Program-made: the position numbers and the translations under genes
Origin: Microthrixaceae bacterium
GTDB lineage: Bacteria; Actinomycetota; Acidimicrobiia; Acidimicrobiales; Microtrichaceae
Assembly: GCA_023957975.1 (NCBI GenBank)
Contig: JAMLGM010000003.1
Location: 12,024-76,023, forward strand
DNA length: 64,000 nucleotides
Reading direction: 5' to 3'
The notes under the pieces: model-generated
Told to the model about the DNA's origin: nothing
The model's database searches: none
What the model saw: only the letters and a program-made list of their open reading frames with translations
In this document: one piece after another, positions 18,349-27,929 of the stretch
Numbering within the stretch: the stretch's first letter is position 1
Layout of the letters: each line of letters starts with the position of its first letter

Positions 18349-18352
18349 TGTC

Positions 18353-18778
18353 ATGAGTGTGTTGGTCCGGTCAGAACGGTTCGGCGATGTCGAGTGTGAC
18401 GATGCTGCAACCGTCGTGTTCCCCGATGGCCTACTCGGCTTCGAGGAAGAACGCGAGTTCGTGGTGATGCCCGCCGACCCGGAGGGTATCTACAGCTGGT
18501 TGCAGTCGACCCGGACGCCGTCGTTGGCATTCCTGACGACGTCTCCGACGTGCTTCTTCGCCGACTATGCGGTCGAGATCGACGACGCGGAGGTGGCGGA
18601 GATCGAGATCCTGGATGAGTCCGAGGCGATGGTGCTGGCGATCGTGACGATCGCCGAGGATCGAGCCACTGCCAACCTGCTCGGCCCTATTGTGGTCAAC
18701 ACCCGGACGCGCCGGGCTCGCCAGGTCGTCCTCGCCGACTCCACCTGGTCGACCAAGGAACTGTTGGGCGAGTTCTAG
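18353..18778 (+). CDS. fliW: Flagellar assembly factor FliW
   Basis: SERFGDVECDDAATVVFPDGLLGFEEEREFVVMP...ANLLGPIVVNTRTRRARQVVL matches the FliW pattern. Start at ATG 18353 (GGAGG at 18336-18340). ATG 18341 is an alternative. Confidence 0.85.
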   Translation: MSVLVRSERFGDVECDDAATVVFPDGLLGFEEEREFVVMPADPEGIYSWLQSTRTPSLAFLTTSPTCFFADYAVEIDDAEVAEIEILDESEAMVLAIVTIAEDRATANLLGPIVVNTRTRRARQVVLADSTWSTKELLGEF

Positions 18779-19003
18779 ATGCTGGTTCTGTCACGTCGGA
18801 CGAACGAATCGATCATCGTCAACGGCAACATCACGATCACGGTGTTGGAGATCCGCGGCGACCACATACGCATCGGGATTGATGCCCCGCGCGAGATCTC
18901 GGTTCATCGCGAAGAGATCCACGCCGAGTTAGCCCGCGCCAACAAGGCAGCGACCGGCTCTCGCGCCGCCGACGTCGCCCGTCTTCCCCGGCCAGGAGTC
19001 TGA
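18779..19003 (+). CDS. csrA: Carbon storage regulator / translational repressor CsrA
   Basis: MLVLSRRTNESIIVNGNITITVLEIRGDHIRIGIDAPREISVHREEIH is the CsrA signature. The ATG directly abuts the fliW TAG. Confidence 0.9.
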   Translation: MLVLSRRTNESIIVNGNITITVLEIRGDHIRIGIDAPREISVHREEIHAELARANKAATGSRAADVARLPRPGV

Positions 19004-19027
19004 CTCGCACGACCCCCGATCCGGCGA

Positions 19028-20161
19028 TTATCCCGGTGTCGCTGGCGGAGGTGTGGCGACCGTCGCCTGGCGAACCGACAGTGCGATGCGGCGCTTGTCG
19101 AGATCGACCGACAGCACTTTGACGACGATGGCCTCGCCGGGGGTGACCAGCTCGTCGGGTCGGTACCCCGGGAGTTCGGACAGCTCGGACAGGTGCACGA
19201 GGCCGACAATCTCGCCGTCGTTGAGTTGGGCGAACACCCCATAGTCGACGAAGCGGGTGACGGTGGCGTGGTGTACCGAGCCGATCTCGAGCGAGGCATA
19301 CGGGTCGGGTTGGCGTCGTCGCAGCGACAACCCGATGCGGCGCTTCGATTTCTGCACCTCGATGACCTCGGTCTCGATCTCATCGCCGACGCTGAGGTAC
19401 TGGGACACCTTTGAGACGCGACCCCATGACACTTCGCTGCGATGCAGAAGGGCGCGGACGCCGTCGATGTCGATGTATGCGCCGTAGTCGAGGAGCTGGG
19501 TGACGCGTCCGGTGACGACATCGCCGACCTTCACCCGCGAAAACACATCGCGTTCGACCTGGCGTCGTTGGCGGCGCAGGTGGTCGCGTCGCGAGACCAC
19601 GACCCGGTCGAGTGCACGGTCGAGCTCAGTGACGATCACCGTGACCTCGGTCCCGACGAGCTTTTCGGGCTCCATTGCCTCGGGATCCTGGGGGCCGTGC
19701 TCGCCGATCATCGAGCTGGGAAGGAACGCCCGAAGCCCGAGGTCGACGAGAAGTCCGCCCTTGATGGTGCGTTCGACAGTGCCCGTGAGCGGCTCGCCCG
19801 ACGCCTTGGCAGCCTCAACGCGTTCCCAGTGGCGCAACTTGCGCGCCCACGAATTGCTCAGCGCGACGCGTTCTCGCGGATCTTCGCGGGCGAGGACTGC
19901 GGCGTCGATCGTCGAACCCGCCGTGGGGACGGGTCGGTCGCGATACTCGCTGCGGGCGATGACGCCGATGCGGCCATCGGCCAACTTCACCTCGATCTCC
20001 GCGTCGTGGACGGCGGTGACGATCACCTCGATCACCCGGCCGACTGTTGAGCCCGGTGCAGGGGTTCGCACACCGGCGGTCGGCGGCGCCGGCGGGTGCT
20101 GCGGTGTTGACCACGACGAGGAGGGCGAAGTCGGCACGTAGTCAGTTTGCCTGAGAGCCAC
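19028..20161 (-). CDS. S1 RNA-binding domain protein (four S1-like repeats)
   Basis: Repeated S1 motifs such as [35 protein letters not shown] and [13 protein letters not shown]. Start uncertain (GTG 20161 or an internal start). Confidence 0.75.
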   Translation of the reverse strand: MALRQTDYVPTSPSSSWSTPQHPPAPPTAGVRTPAPGSTVGRVIEVIVTAVHDAEIEVKLADGRIGVIARSEYRDRPVPTAGSTIDAAVLAREDPRERVALSNSWARKLRHWERVEAAKASGEPLTGTVERTIKGGLLVDLGLRAFLPSSMIGEHGPQDPEAMEPEKLVGTEVTVIVTELDRALDRVVVSRRDHLRRQRRQVERDVFSRVKVGDVVTGRVTQLLDYGAYIDIDGVRALLHRSEVSWGRVSKVSQYLSVGDEIETEVIEVQKSKRRIGLSLRRRQPDPYASLEIGSVHHATVTRFVDYGVFAQLNDGEIVGLVHLSELSELPGYRPDELVTPGEAIVVKVLSVDLDKRRIALSVRQATVATPPPATPG

Positions 20162-20321
20162 CGAAAATGCGCCGGATTCTCTCTACGGGTACGCGAGCAC
20201 GTACCGACTGCGGAATTTCTTTCGTCTTGGCTCAAGCGGGTGGGATTGGTGCCGAACGGGTTGGGGTGCCCGTGTTGGCGCCCACTACCGAGGCGCTGTC
20301 AACGTCACTGCAGGTGCTCCG

Positions 20322-23300
20322 TTGGAGTTGTCGAGCGCGGGCGGCTACGAGCAGGTCGTGCGTGAGGATCATCCGTCGTCGTATTGGCGTTTGGGCGACG
20401 GCACGACCGCGGACGCGGCCGATGCCTCGACTGCGGGAACCTCGGTGGGTAAGAACCGGGTCGGTCAGTCGACGCTGACGGTTTCGGGGGCGATTGCCGG
20501 TGACCCGAATGGGGCGACGCAGTTCAACGCGTCGGCGTTCGATGTGGCGTCGGGGTTGGTGTCTGGGTCGTCGAGTATCGAGTTGTGGTTCAAGACCGCG
20601 AATCAGGGCGGCCTGATCATGGCGATGAAACCCGATGCTTCGCAGTTCGTGCCGTTGGCCTATGTCGGAACCGACAACAAGTTGCATGCCGGGTTCTGGC
20701 CGATGCCCCAGGTCGTCTCACCGGCAACGGTGACCGACAACCAGTGGCATCACCTCGTGATCTCCTCGGCGTCGACGTCGGTCACGGTGTTCCTCGACGC
20801 CGTGCCGATCGGAATGCAACACGGCGCGCCGAACATGTTGGAGATGACCGCAACCTATTTCGGTACGTCGTTGGAGACGGGGTGGCCCTACAGTCCTGGT
20901 GGTTGGCGCCCGTTGAACGGCGCGTTGGACGAGATCGCGATCTATCCGGGGGCTCTGAGTGGCGTGCAGGTCAAGACGCACTTCGACGCAGCCCGGATCG
21001 GTGTTGTCGACGCCCAGCCGCACCGGATCCGAGTGGACTTCCAAGACAAGGCGGGTACGGCCGCGTTGTCGCTTCGCCAGGGCACACCTGGCGCGACTGC
21101 GGCGTTGGCGAGTTCTCAGTTGAGCCCGCGTTACAACCTGGTGACCAGGACCATTGACCCCGACGGCAAGGTCACAGCGTCGCAGTATGGGGTACCCGAA
21201 CTCGGGATGAAGACCGCCGACATCGTTGATCCGGCAGGGCTGAACCTACGCACCGAATACACCTACGAAGGCGCGTCGTCGGCGAACAAGGCGTTTCGCC
21301 GTCAGCTCACTCGAAAGCTCCCCGCCCTGGTCGGGACCTCGGTGACGCCGACGACCTACAGCTATTACTCCCAAGGCACGAACCCTGCCACCGCGGACAA
21401 TCCGTGCACGGTGCCGGTGGAGGCGATTCCTCAAGGTGGCGCTCAATGGAAGAGCGTTGGTGTCGACCCCGACGGTGCGGGTTCTCAAACCGGCGAGGTG
21501 ATCGAGTCGGTGTATTTCGGCGATGGCCTGGTCGCGGCGACGCGGCGGAGCGCGAACGGCACGACCGATCCGTGGACCTGCTACACCTATGACGGTCGCG
21601 GTCGTCCACTCACGGTGTCGTATCCGGCCTACGGTGGTGCGGTGGCACGTACTGTGACCTACAGCTATCGGGTCGATCCCGACGGTGCCGGGCCGTTGAG
21701 TTCAAGTGTGGCGTCGGTATCGGTGTCGGACGACTCGACAGGTTCGGGTATCTCGTCTCCGACGGTAACGACGACGGTCGACTGGTTGGGTCGCGTCGTT
21801 CGCTATCAGGACGCGCTCGGGGTGGTGACCACCACGACCTATGACCAGGCGAACCGGCCAACAACGGTCACGGCATCGAACGGATACGGGACGGTCGGCT
21901 ACACCTATGACGCTGCGGGGCGCCTGGCAACCCAGACACTGGGAGGCAACGTCATCGCGCAGCCGACCTACAACGGTTCGAGTGGGATGATGACCTCGGT
22001 GTCGTACCCGTCGGGGGCGAACAAGGCCGGCAACGGAACCAGCGGGGCGTTCGGTTTCGATTCGCGAGGTCGCCCCAATGCGATGACCTGGACTGGGCCG
22101 TCGTCGACACTGTTGACCTCATCGGCGGTGACTCGCAGCGCTGGTGGGCGCATCGTGGACCAAACGATCGATGGTGTCGATCCGACGCCGGGCACGGACG
22201 CGTTCACCTATGACGCGGCGGGCCGCCTCACGATCGCCGGGCCGTCGGCGCCAAGCGGTGGTGGGTCGTCTCCGGGGCTGATTCCGCCGTCGGGGACGCG
22301 GGTGAAGGTGCAGCATTCCGGTCAGTGTTTGGACATTCGCAATATCAGTTCGAACAACGGTGAGTATGTCGACCAGTACGGTTGCTATACGTCGGGTGCG
22401 TTGAACCAGGTGTTCGATTTCCTCGATCTCGACGGCACCTGGTTCACGATGAAACCGAAGCATTCAGGGATGTGCATCGGGGTCCCGAACAACACCGCAG
22501 GTTCGTTTGTCCAACAGCAGACATGCAGCGGAGCGACCACCCAGAAGTGGAAGGCGGTGGCGGTCGGTAGCGGCTACCAGTTGGTGAATCAGTCGTCGAA
22601 TCTGTGTGTGGAGGTTCCGGGGTCGTCGATGGCGTATCAGACGGCGACGAAGCAGAACACGTGTGGTACGTCGACGGACACGAACCAGATTTGGCAGTTC
22701 GTCGACCCGGCCACACACGCGACGGTCGCATTCCCGAGCACCGGTGGTGGGTCGTCTCCGGGGCTGATTCCGCCGTCGGGGACGCGGGTGAAGGTGCAGC
22801 ATTCCGGTCAGTGTTTGGACATTCGTAATATCAGTTCGAACAACGGTGAGTATGTCGACCAGTACGGTTGTTTTACGTCGGGCGCGTTGAACCAGGTGTT
22901 CGACTTCGTGTCGTCGGATGGCACTTGGTTCACGATGAAACCGAAGCATTCGGGGATGTGCATCGGCGTGCCGAACAACACCGCAGGTTCGTTTGTGCAA
23001 CAGCAGACGTGTAGTAGTGGTGCCGCGCAGCTGTGGAAGGCGGTGGGGGTCGGTAGCGGCTACCAGTTGGTGAATCAGTCGTCGAATTTGTGTGTGGAGG
23101 TTCCGGGGTCCTCGATGGCGTATCAGACGGCGACGAAGCAGAACACGTGTGGTACGTCGACGGACACGAACCAGATTTGGCAGTTCGTCGACCCGGCCAC
23201 ACACGCGACGGTCGCATTCCCGAGCACCGGTGGTGGGAGCGATGCTCAGGGCTACGACTTCACCTCCAACCAGTCGGGTTCGTGTGCGGTGCCGGCGTCG

Positions 23301-24455
23301 AACTCGGGCCGGAACGGGAACCGGGTGAACCATGTGGTTGGTTCGTTGTCGTTCGGGTCGTGTTATGACTGGGCGGACAAGCTGACGTCGACCACTGAGC
23401 CCGGGTTTACTGGGACGATCGGATACGACTCGCATGGCAACGCGACCACGATCGCCGGCGAAACCCATGGCTATGACGCGACGGATCGTCACCTTGGCAC
23501 GGTGAAGGGTTCGACGACGGTGACGTATCGGCGTGATCCGTTGGATCGAATCGTTGTGCGTACCGAGGCGGTTTCGGGTGGTGCGACTACGACGACGCGT
23601 TATGGGTACGTGGCGGGTGGCGATAGCGGTCAGATGACGTTGTCGTCATCGAACACGTTGATTGAACGCACGATGGTGTTGCCCGGTGGGGTGATCTACA
23701 CGAGCCGTGCGAGCGGTGATGTGTGGTCGTATCCGAACATTCACGGTGATGTCGCGGCGACTGCGACCAGTGCGGGTGTCAGAACCGGTGTGACGGTCGC
23801 GTACGACGCGTTCGGGAATGTCGCGGCTGGTGTGTTGGCGGACAATAGTGACGGGAACTTCGATTACGGCTGGCATGGTCAGGCTCAGCGTCCTGTGGAG
23901 CACGGTGTCGGGTTGGTGTCGGTGATCGAGATGGGTGCGCGCCAGTACATCCCTGCTTTGGGCCGATTTATCGAGAAGGACCCTGTTGAGGGTGGTGTCG
24001 ACAACGACTACACCTACGTCAACGACCCCATCAACATGACCGACCTCACCGGCACCTTCGGTGTACCGAAGTGGGCGAAGAAGATGGTGAAGAAGTACCG
24101 CCATCAGATAATAAACGTTGCTACGGGAGTCGCTGCCGCAGTTGCGGTTGGAGCATGTGCTGGGCTCGTAGTATGCGGTCTGGCGTTGGCGGGAGTCGCT
24201 GCAGCTGGCACAGTCGCGCACTTGAGTTCGGATAGGTTGGCAAGAGATCCTGCCAGGAACTATACGGTACGCCGCGCTTTGGGCGAATCCGTGGTGTCCA
24301 CCCTAACAGGCGGTACGTGCAGGGCCGTTCTGGGGAATGGATGCGGACTCGGAGCTATTAGGAATGGAATCGCCAGAAACTGGCAGGCAGTTGTTGTTGG
24401 GCTTGGTGGTGCGGCATCGGCATGGATGTTGAAATATCGAGGTAAGAGTAGGTGA
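20322..24455 (+). CDS. Rhs/YD-repeat polymorphic toxin: LamG-like N-domain, YD repeats, two inserted ricin-type lectin domains, Rhs core, Gly/Ala-zipper hydrophobic C-terminal tip
   Basis: [16 protein letters not shown]...[12 protein letters not shown] is LamG/concanavalin-like. YD motifs: [35 protein letters not shown]. QxW lectin motifs: TQKWKAV, NQIWQFV. Core end [40 protein letters not shown] (to about 24053). The tip has [26 protein letters not shown] and [15 protein letters not shown] start. No ATG or GTG between the in-frame TAG at 20139 and 20322. Confidence 0.85.
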   Translation: MELSSAGGYEQVVREDHPSSYWRLGDGTTADAADASTAGTSVGKNRVGQSTLTVSGAIAGDPNGATQFNASAFDVASGLVSGSSSIELWFKTANQGGLIMAMKPDASQFVPLAYVGTDNKLHAGFWPMPQVVSPATVTDNQWHHLVISSASTSVTVFLDAVPIGMQHGAPNMLEMTATYFGTSLETGWPYSPGGWRPLNGALDEIAIYPGALSGVQVKTHFDAARIGVVDAQPHRIRVDFQDKAGTAALSLRQGTPGATAALASSQLSPRYNLVTRTIDPDGKVTASQYGVPELGMKTADIVDPAGLNLRTEYTYEGASSANKAFRRQLTRKLPALVGTSVTPTTYSYYSQGTNPATADNPCTVPVEAIPQGGAQWKSVGVDPDGAGSQTGEVIESVYFGDGLVAATRRSANGTTDPWTCYTYDGRGRPLTVSYPAYGGAVARTVTYSYRVDPDGAGPLSSSVASVSVSDDSTGSGISSPTVTTTVDWLGRVVRYQDALGVVTTTTYDQANRPTTVTASNGYGTVGYTYDAAGRLATQTLGGNVIAQPTYNGSSGMMTSVSYPSGANKAGNGTSGAFGFDSRGRPNAMTWTGPSSTLLTSSAVTRSAGGRIVDQTIDGVDPTPGTDAFTYDAAGRLTIAGPSAPSGGGSSPGLIPPSGTRVKVQHSGQCLDIRNISSNNGEYVDQYGCYTSGALNQVFDFLDLDGTWFTMKPKHSGMCIGVPNNTAGSFVQQQTCSGATTQKWKAVAVGSGYQLVNQSSNLCVEVPGSSMAYQTATKQNTCGTSTDTNQIWQFVDPATHATVAFPSTGGGSSPGLIPPSGTRVKVQHSGQCLDIRNISSNNGEYVDQYGCFTSGALNQVFDFVSSDGTWFTMKPKHSGMCIGVPNNTAGSFVQQQTCSSGAAQLWKAVGVGSGYQLVNQSSNLCVEVPGSSMAYQTATKQNTCGTSTDTNQIWQFVDPATHATVAFPSTGGGSDAQGYDFTSNQSGSCAVPASNSGRNGNRVNHVVGSLSFGSCYDWADKLTSTTEPGFTGTIGYDSHGNATTIAGETHGYDATDRHLGTVKGSTTVTYRRDPLDRIVVRTEAVSGGATTTTRYGYVAGGDSGQMTLSSSNTLIERTMVLPGGVIYTSRASGDVWSYPNIHGDVAATATSAGVRTGVTVAYDAFGNVAAGVLADNSDGNFDYGWHGQAQRPVEHGVGLVSVIEMGARQYIPALGRFIEKDPVEGGVDNDYTYVNDPINMTDLTGTFGVPKWAKKMVKKYRHQIINVATGVAAAVAVGACAGLVVCGLALAGVAAAGTVAHLSSDRLARDPARNYTVRRALGESVVSTLTGGTCRAVLGNGCGLGAIRNGIARNWQAVVVGLGGAASAWMLKYRGKSR
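22257..23237 (+). repeat. Tandem 486-bp duplication (two ricin-lectin-domain coding units) inside the rhs gene
   Basis: ggtggtgggtcgtctccggggctgattccgccgtcgggg... starts at 22257 and again at 22743 (offset 486 nt = 162 codons). Scattered substitutions, clustered around the DFLDLDG / DFVSSDG and SGATTQKW / SSGAAQLW segments. Confidence 0.9.
22997..24090 (+). repeat. Direct repeat copy 1 (rhs core 3' end) shared with the orphan cassette
   Basis: gcaacagcagacgtgtagtagtggtgccgcgcag... through ...gtaccgaagtgggcgaagaaga matches 25003-26096 at a constant offset of 2006 nt. I saw about a dozen mismatches by eye. Confidence 0.9.
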
Positions 24456-24985
24456 ACGAAGACCATGTAGCGGTCGTCCGATCTGGTGATGATACGATTC
24501 TTCGGTACCCGCGTTCCGGACTTGACGTTAGGATTAGTTCCGACAGGTCCAATCTGTGCTCGGACAAGTCCACTCTTAAAATGAAATCACCGTTCTTCAC
24601 TAGCGACCGAAATCTTGGAATGCGTTCGGTCGATTTCAATTGGAATCTCGATGGTGACGAGGTCGGCAAACGCATCATTGATTTCTGGCCTCGCCCGAAA
24701 AGCCGATTCCTCCAGTTTGGCGCAGAAATATCTACCCAGTTCGCATCAGTAGTGTTTGTCCGGGGCGCTCGGCGATTGGTTAAAATCGGTGCATCCAATC
24801 AGATTTGGGAGATAGACGCCCTCACGCCACCGGAGGCGCTTTGGGTAACTGCATGCCTGATTTGTGAGAATGATAACCTCCACAAACTGCCGTTGCTGCC
24901 ACTGGTAGATATCTTGAATCCGAGGCCTGGTCAGAGGGCACGTATCCCACGTTCCCCTTGGCGATATCAATGGCAATGGGGGTGA
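24452..24985 (+). CDS. Candidate cognate immunity protein of the main Rhs tip (AT-rich, no family recognised)
   Basis: 177-aa ORF whose GTG overlaps the rhs stop (GTGA). About 47% G+C in a 60-nt line I counted. No TM segment. The last 20-30 codons may be read-through. Confidence 0.35.
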   Translation: MNEDHVAVVRSGDDTILRYPRSGLDVRISSDRSNLCSDKSTLKMKSPFFTSDRNLGMRSVDFNWNLDGDEVGKRIIDFWPRPKSRFLQFGAEISTQFASVVFVRGARRLVKIGASNQIWEIDALTPPEALWVTACLICENDNLHKLPLLPLVDILNPRPGQRARIPRSPWRYQWQWG

Positions 24986-24991
24986 GTCCAA

Positions 24992-26503
24992 GTGGCGACA
25001 GGGCAACAGCAGACGTGTAGTAGTGGTGCCGCGCAGCTGTGGAAGGCGGTGGGGGTCGGTAGCGGCTACCAGTTGGTGAATCAGTCGTCGAATTTGTGTG
25101 TGGAGGTTCCGGGGTCCTCGATGGCGTATCAGACGGCGACGAAGCAGAACACGTGTGGTACGTCGACGGACACGAACCAGATTTGGCAGTTCGTCGACCC
25201 GGCCACACACGCGACGGTCGCATTCCCGAGCACCGGTGGTGGGAGCGATGCTCAGGGCTACGACTTCACCTCCAACCAGTCGGGTTCGTGTGCGGTGTCG
25301 GCGTCGAGCTCGGGCCGGAACGGGAACCGGGTGAACCATGTGGTTGGTTCGTTGTCGTTCGGGTCGTGTTATGACTGGGCGGACAAGCTGACGTCGACGA
25401 CTGAGCCCGGGTTTACTGGGACGATCGGTTACGACTCGCATGGCAACGCGACCACGATCGCCGGCGAAACCCATGGCTATGACGCGACGGATCGTCACCT
25501 TGGCATGGTGAAGGGTTCGACGACGGTGACGTATCGGCGTGATCCGTTGGATCGAATCGTTGTGCGTACCGAGGCGGTTTCGGGTGGTGCGACTACGACG
25601 ACGCGTTATGGGTACGTGGCGGGTGGCGATAGCGGTCAGATGACGTTGTCGTCATCGAACACGTTGATTGAACGCACGATGGTGTTGCCCGGTGGGGTGA
25701 TCTACACGAGCCGTGCGAGCGGTGATGTGTGGTCGTATCCGAACATTCACGGTGATGTCGCGGCGACTGCGACCAGTGCGGGTGTCAGAACCGGTGTGAC
25801 GGTCGCGTACGACGCGTTCGGGAATGTCGCGGCTGGTGTGTTGGCGGACAATAGCGACGGGAACTTCGATTACGGCTGGCATGGTCAGGCTCAGCGTCCT
25901 GTGGAGCACGGTGTCGGGTTGGTGTCGGTGATCGAGATGGGTGCCCGCCAGTACATTCCTGCTCTGGGCCGATTTATCGAGAAGGACCCTGTTGAGGGCG
26001 GTGTCGACAACGACTACACCTACGTCAACGACCCCATCAACATGACCGACCTCACCGGCACCATCGGTGTACCGAAGTGGGCGAAGAAGATTGTAAAGAA
26101 ATCTGTCAAACTGGCGCGGGCAGCAAGGAATGCTCCCGCGTCGGTCGTTGGATTCGCTGTCGCAAAACGTGGTGGAGGATCGTGCTCTGTAGATCGCGCT
26201 GAGCTAACCATCATATGCACTGGGGTGAAGCGGGGTGCGTTCAATCCACGCGACGCGATCACCTATGGAAACGTAATCATTTCTAAGGAGACCTTGAACA
26301 GCGGCCAGATTCGTCACGAGATGGCACATGTGAACCAGCAGGCATGGATGGGAGACTCCTTTCTCCAGGCATATGGCATAGCAGAAGCGGCTGGATGGGT
26401 ATACTCCAAGGTATCTCGCAGCAAGAAATCAGCTAGCTGTTTCAACGTCTTCGAGCGCAACGCCGATTTTAACAGAGACAACTACTCTTCGTGTCGGAAC
26501 TAA
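24992..26503 (+). CDS. Orphan Rhs C-terminal cassette (partial ricin domain + Rhs core end + HExxH metallopeptidase-like toxin tip)
   Basis: From 25003 it duplicates main-gene residues [16 protein letters not shown]...[10 protein letters not shown], then diverges into a new 147-aa tip containing [11 protein letters not shown]. There is no LamG or N-terminal region, so the listed GTG 24992 is probably not a real independent start. Confidence 0.7.
   Translation: MATGQQQTCSSGAAQLWKAVGVGSGYQLVNQSSNLCVEVPGSSMAYQTATKQNTCGTSTDTNQIWQFVDPATHATVAFPSTGGGSDAQGYDFTSNQSGSCAVSASSSGRNGNRVNHVVGSLSFGSCYDWADKLTSTTEPGFTGTIGYDSHGNATTIAGETHGYDATDRHLGMVKGSTTVTYRRDPLDRIVVRTEAVSGGATTTTRYGYVAGGDSGQMTLSSSNTLIERTMVLPGGVIYTSRASGDVWSYPNIHGDVAATATSAGVRTGVTVAYDAFGNVAAGVLADNSDGNFDYGWHGQAQRPVEHGVGLVSVIEMGARQYIPALGRFIEKDPVEGGVDNDYTYVNDPINMTDLTGTIGVPKWAKKIVKKSVKLARAARNAPASVVGFAVAKRGGGSCSVDRAELTIICTGVKRGAFNPRDAITYGNVIISKETLNSGQIRHEMAHVNQQAWMGDSFLQAYGIAEAAGWVYSKVSRSKKSASCFNVFERNADFNRDNYSSCRN
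25003..26096 (+). repeat. Direct repeat copy 2 (orphan cassette)
   Basis: See copy 1. Identity ends a few codons after the shared G-V-P-K-W-A-K-K linker. Confidence 0.9.
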
Positions 26504-27042
26504 TGAAATTGGCATTCGGTCAGGTTCGGGCGCGTCGTTCTCGAATTTATCTGTTGAGCGTTGTACTCGTCTCCAGTTCCTGCGTATGGGGTACTGAAGG
26601 GCATCAATCTATTCCGTTCGTTGTGTCGGGCGATGCGATGAACTACGTCCTGCAGGTACCAATCTGTTCAGGCGACTGGCTGGCAAGCATTGAAGTCGTA
26701 TTGCCAGGACAGACAATAATCCAAGAGGCAAGCGGCAAGCTTGAGGATAATCGGGCCCGATTTCAAGGTATCATGGATGTTTCTATCAACCTCGATGAAG
26801 TCGAGAACGTACCCATCATATCGTCGTTCGATTTAATCAAGAGTTCGAAGAATTACCTGTCCAAAGAGGATAATGGGACTGTGATATTTGTTACCAACGA
26901 GGGGTATGGAGCATCAATTGAACTTGAGGACGTTGCTACTCGCCCGCAACTTTGGTTGCGCAATGATAGCGGAGACTACGATCGGACCGAAGTCGATCAG
27001 GACATACCTAGTGTGATCAGTTCCTGGTGCAGTTCCGACTGA
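26503..27042 (+). CDS. Candidate immunity protein for the HExxH tip, exported or membrane-anchored (signal peptide, possible lipoprotein)
   Basis: TAATG overlap with the orphan stop. [30 protein letters not shown] is a basic n-region plus hydrophobic core plus Cys. About 40% G+C in a line I counted. Confidence 0.5.
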   Translation: MKLAFGQVRARRSRIYLLSVVLVSSSCVWGTEGHQSIPFVVSGDAMNYVLQVPICSGDWLASIEVVLPGQTIIQEASGKLEDNRARFQGIMDVSINLDEVENVPIISSFDLIKSSKNYLSKEDNGTVIFVTNEGYGASIELEDVATRPQLWLRNDSGDYDRTEVDQDIPSVISSWCSSD

Positions 27043-27054
27043 TGCGATCAGGAC

Positions 27055-27324
27055 ATGGTATCGGTGTCGGACGACTCTTCCCGAGGGGGTATCGTGCAAG
27101 TTAGAACGTTGTCCAAGGGCGAGAAGATCGGCTTTGCCATCTTGCTGGCCTCGATAGCTTCTCTTTGGATCGTTGGGAATATCTTCGTTCGGGAGGCTGG
27201 TGGAGAGATCGCTCCTGTCTCGATTGGGCCAACTATGTTGGGTTGCGTCGTGGGGCTTTCCATCGTCCGACTCCAGAAACGAGGCAGGAAGTCTGAGCTT
27301 GGCAATGGCCAGAATAATGAGTAA
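27055..27324 (+). CDS. Small two-TM membrane protein (orphan-immunity candidate)
   Basis: 89 aa. TM segments IGFAILLASIASLWIVGNIF and VSIGPTMLGCVVGLSIV. Starts 12 nt after the preceding stop. C-terminal tail RKSELGNGQNNE is encoded by the repeat module. Confidence 0.45.
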   Translation: MVSVSDDSSRGGIVQVRTLSKGEKIGFAILLASIASLWIVGNIFVREAGGEIAPVSIGPTMLGCVVGLSIVRLQKRGRKSELGNGQNNE

Positions 27325-27370
27325 TCCGAGTGGCTTCGCCCCAGTCGGTGGGTTCCACCACTACCGTGCC
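27288..27370 (+). repeat. About 83-bp 3' module, copy 1
   Basis: gaagtctgagcttggcaatggccagaataatgagtaatccgagtgg... recurs at 27921 (gaagtctgaacttggcaatgaccagaatattgagtaatccgaatgg...), with weaker similarity up to ccaccact(a/g)ccgtg. Confidence 0.75.
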
Positions 27371-27464
27371 CACATCGTGCGCTTCCGGCTGGAAGCACCT
27401 GCCTTTGCAGGCGGTACGAGTGGTGGATCAAAGTCTGCTGGCTGTATGATCGGACGGTAGCGCG

Positions 27465-27929
27465 GTGGAGCGTACTGCTAACGGTGCTCACTTTCGAATG
27501 CGGAACAGGGTGGCATCTTCGATTGGTTCCTTGCTATGGCTCATCCTGGCCGGTGTATTAATGTCTGGACTCGCGATGGGCACGTCTGCCCTGACGATCG
27601 GGTCAGCGTCAATAGGCGTGGTCTTGATCGTCCTAGCTGTCCGTTCAGCTCGCGCTGGATTGACGGTTCGGAGCAACGGAACCATTGTGATGCGTGGCCT
27701 CTTTCGCACCCGAAGTATTCAGAACGACGTACCCATCGACGCCACGGTTATTGCTGAGTTCGGCGGACTGCGGGAGTGGCTTGAAGTCAGCGCTGATGGT
27801 CGATCTGCCAAGGTTGAGGCCCCTCGGTTCATGGGTCGATTCGGGCCCGACCTGGAGGCTGCGGCGACGCTGCTATCCGCCAGCAGGCAAATCCCAAGCG
27901 ATCGACTGCTGGCGAGGAAAGAAGTCTGA
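27465..27929 (+). CDS. Two-TM membrane protein with a soluble C-terminal domain (possibly PH-like)
   Basis: 154 aa. TM segments SIGSLLWLILAGVLMSGLAM and IGSASIGVVLIVLAV. GTG start. The stop falls at the first bases of repeat copy 2. Confidence 0.45.
   Translation: MERTANGAHFRMRNRVASSIGSLLWLILAGVLMSGLAMGTSALTIGSASIGVVLIVLAVRSARAGLTVRSNGTIVMRGLFRTRSIQNDVPIDATVIAEFGGLREWLEVSADGRSAKVEAPRFMGRFGPDLEAAATLLSASRQIPSDRLLARKEV

Noticed and set aside
20167-20478. 103-aa plus-strand ORF upstream of and overlapping the rhs start, as a possible leader or secretion partner
   Set aside because: It is in a different frame from the LamG domain, has an R/S/T-rich shadow-like sequence, and overlaps the rhs coding frame. 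Nothing supports translation.
22257-23237. Tandem near-identical units as a diversity-generating retroelement (template/variable repeat pair)
   Set aside because: No reverse transcriptase gene lies nearby. The differences between the units are not adenine-specific (C/T, G/A and clustered multi-base changes). Both copies are in frame in one protein.
22464-23492. 342-aa minus-strand ORF in the rhs lectin region, and its near-duplicate at 24746-25498
   Set aside because: R/H/P-rich antisense shadows. Their apparent duplication merely reflects the DNA repeats of the rhs core.
24358-24798. 146-aa minus-strand ORF as the gene in the AT-rich gap after the rhs stop
   Set aside because: It is antisense to the toxin operon, overlaps the rhs 3' end, and has a composition rich in S/R/P runs. 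The plus-strand ORF that overlaps the rhs stop is the more plausible, though still uncertain, coding frame.
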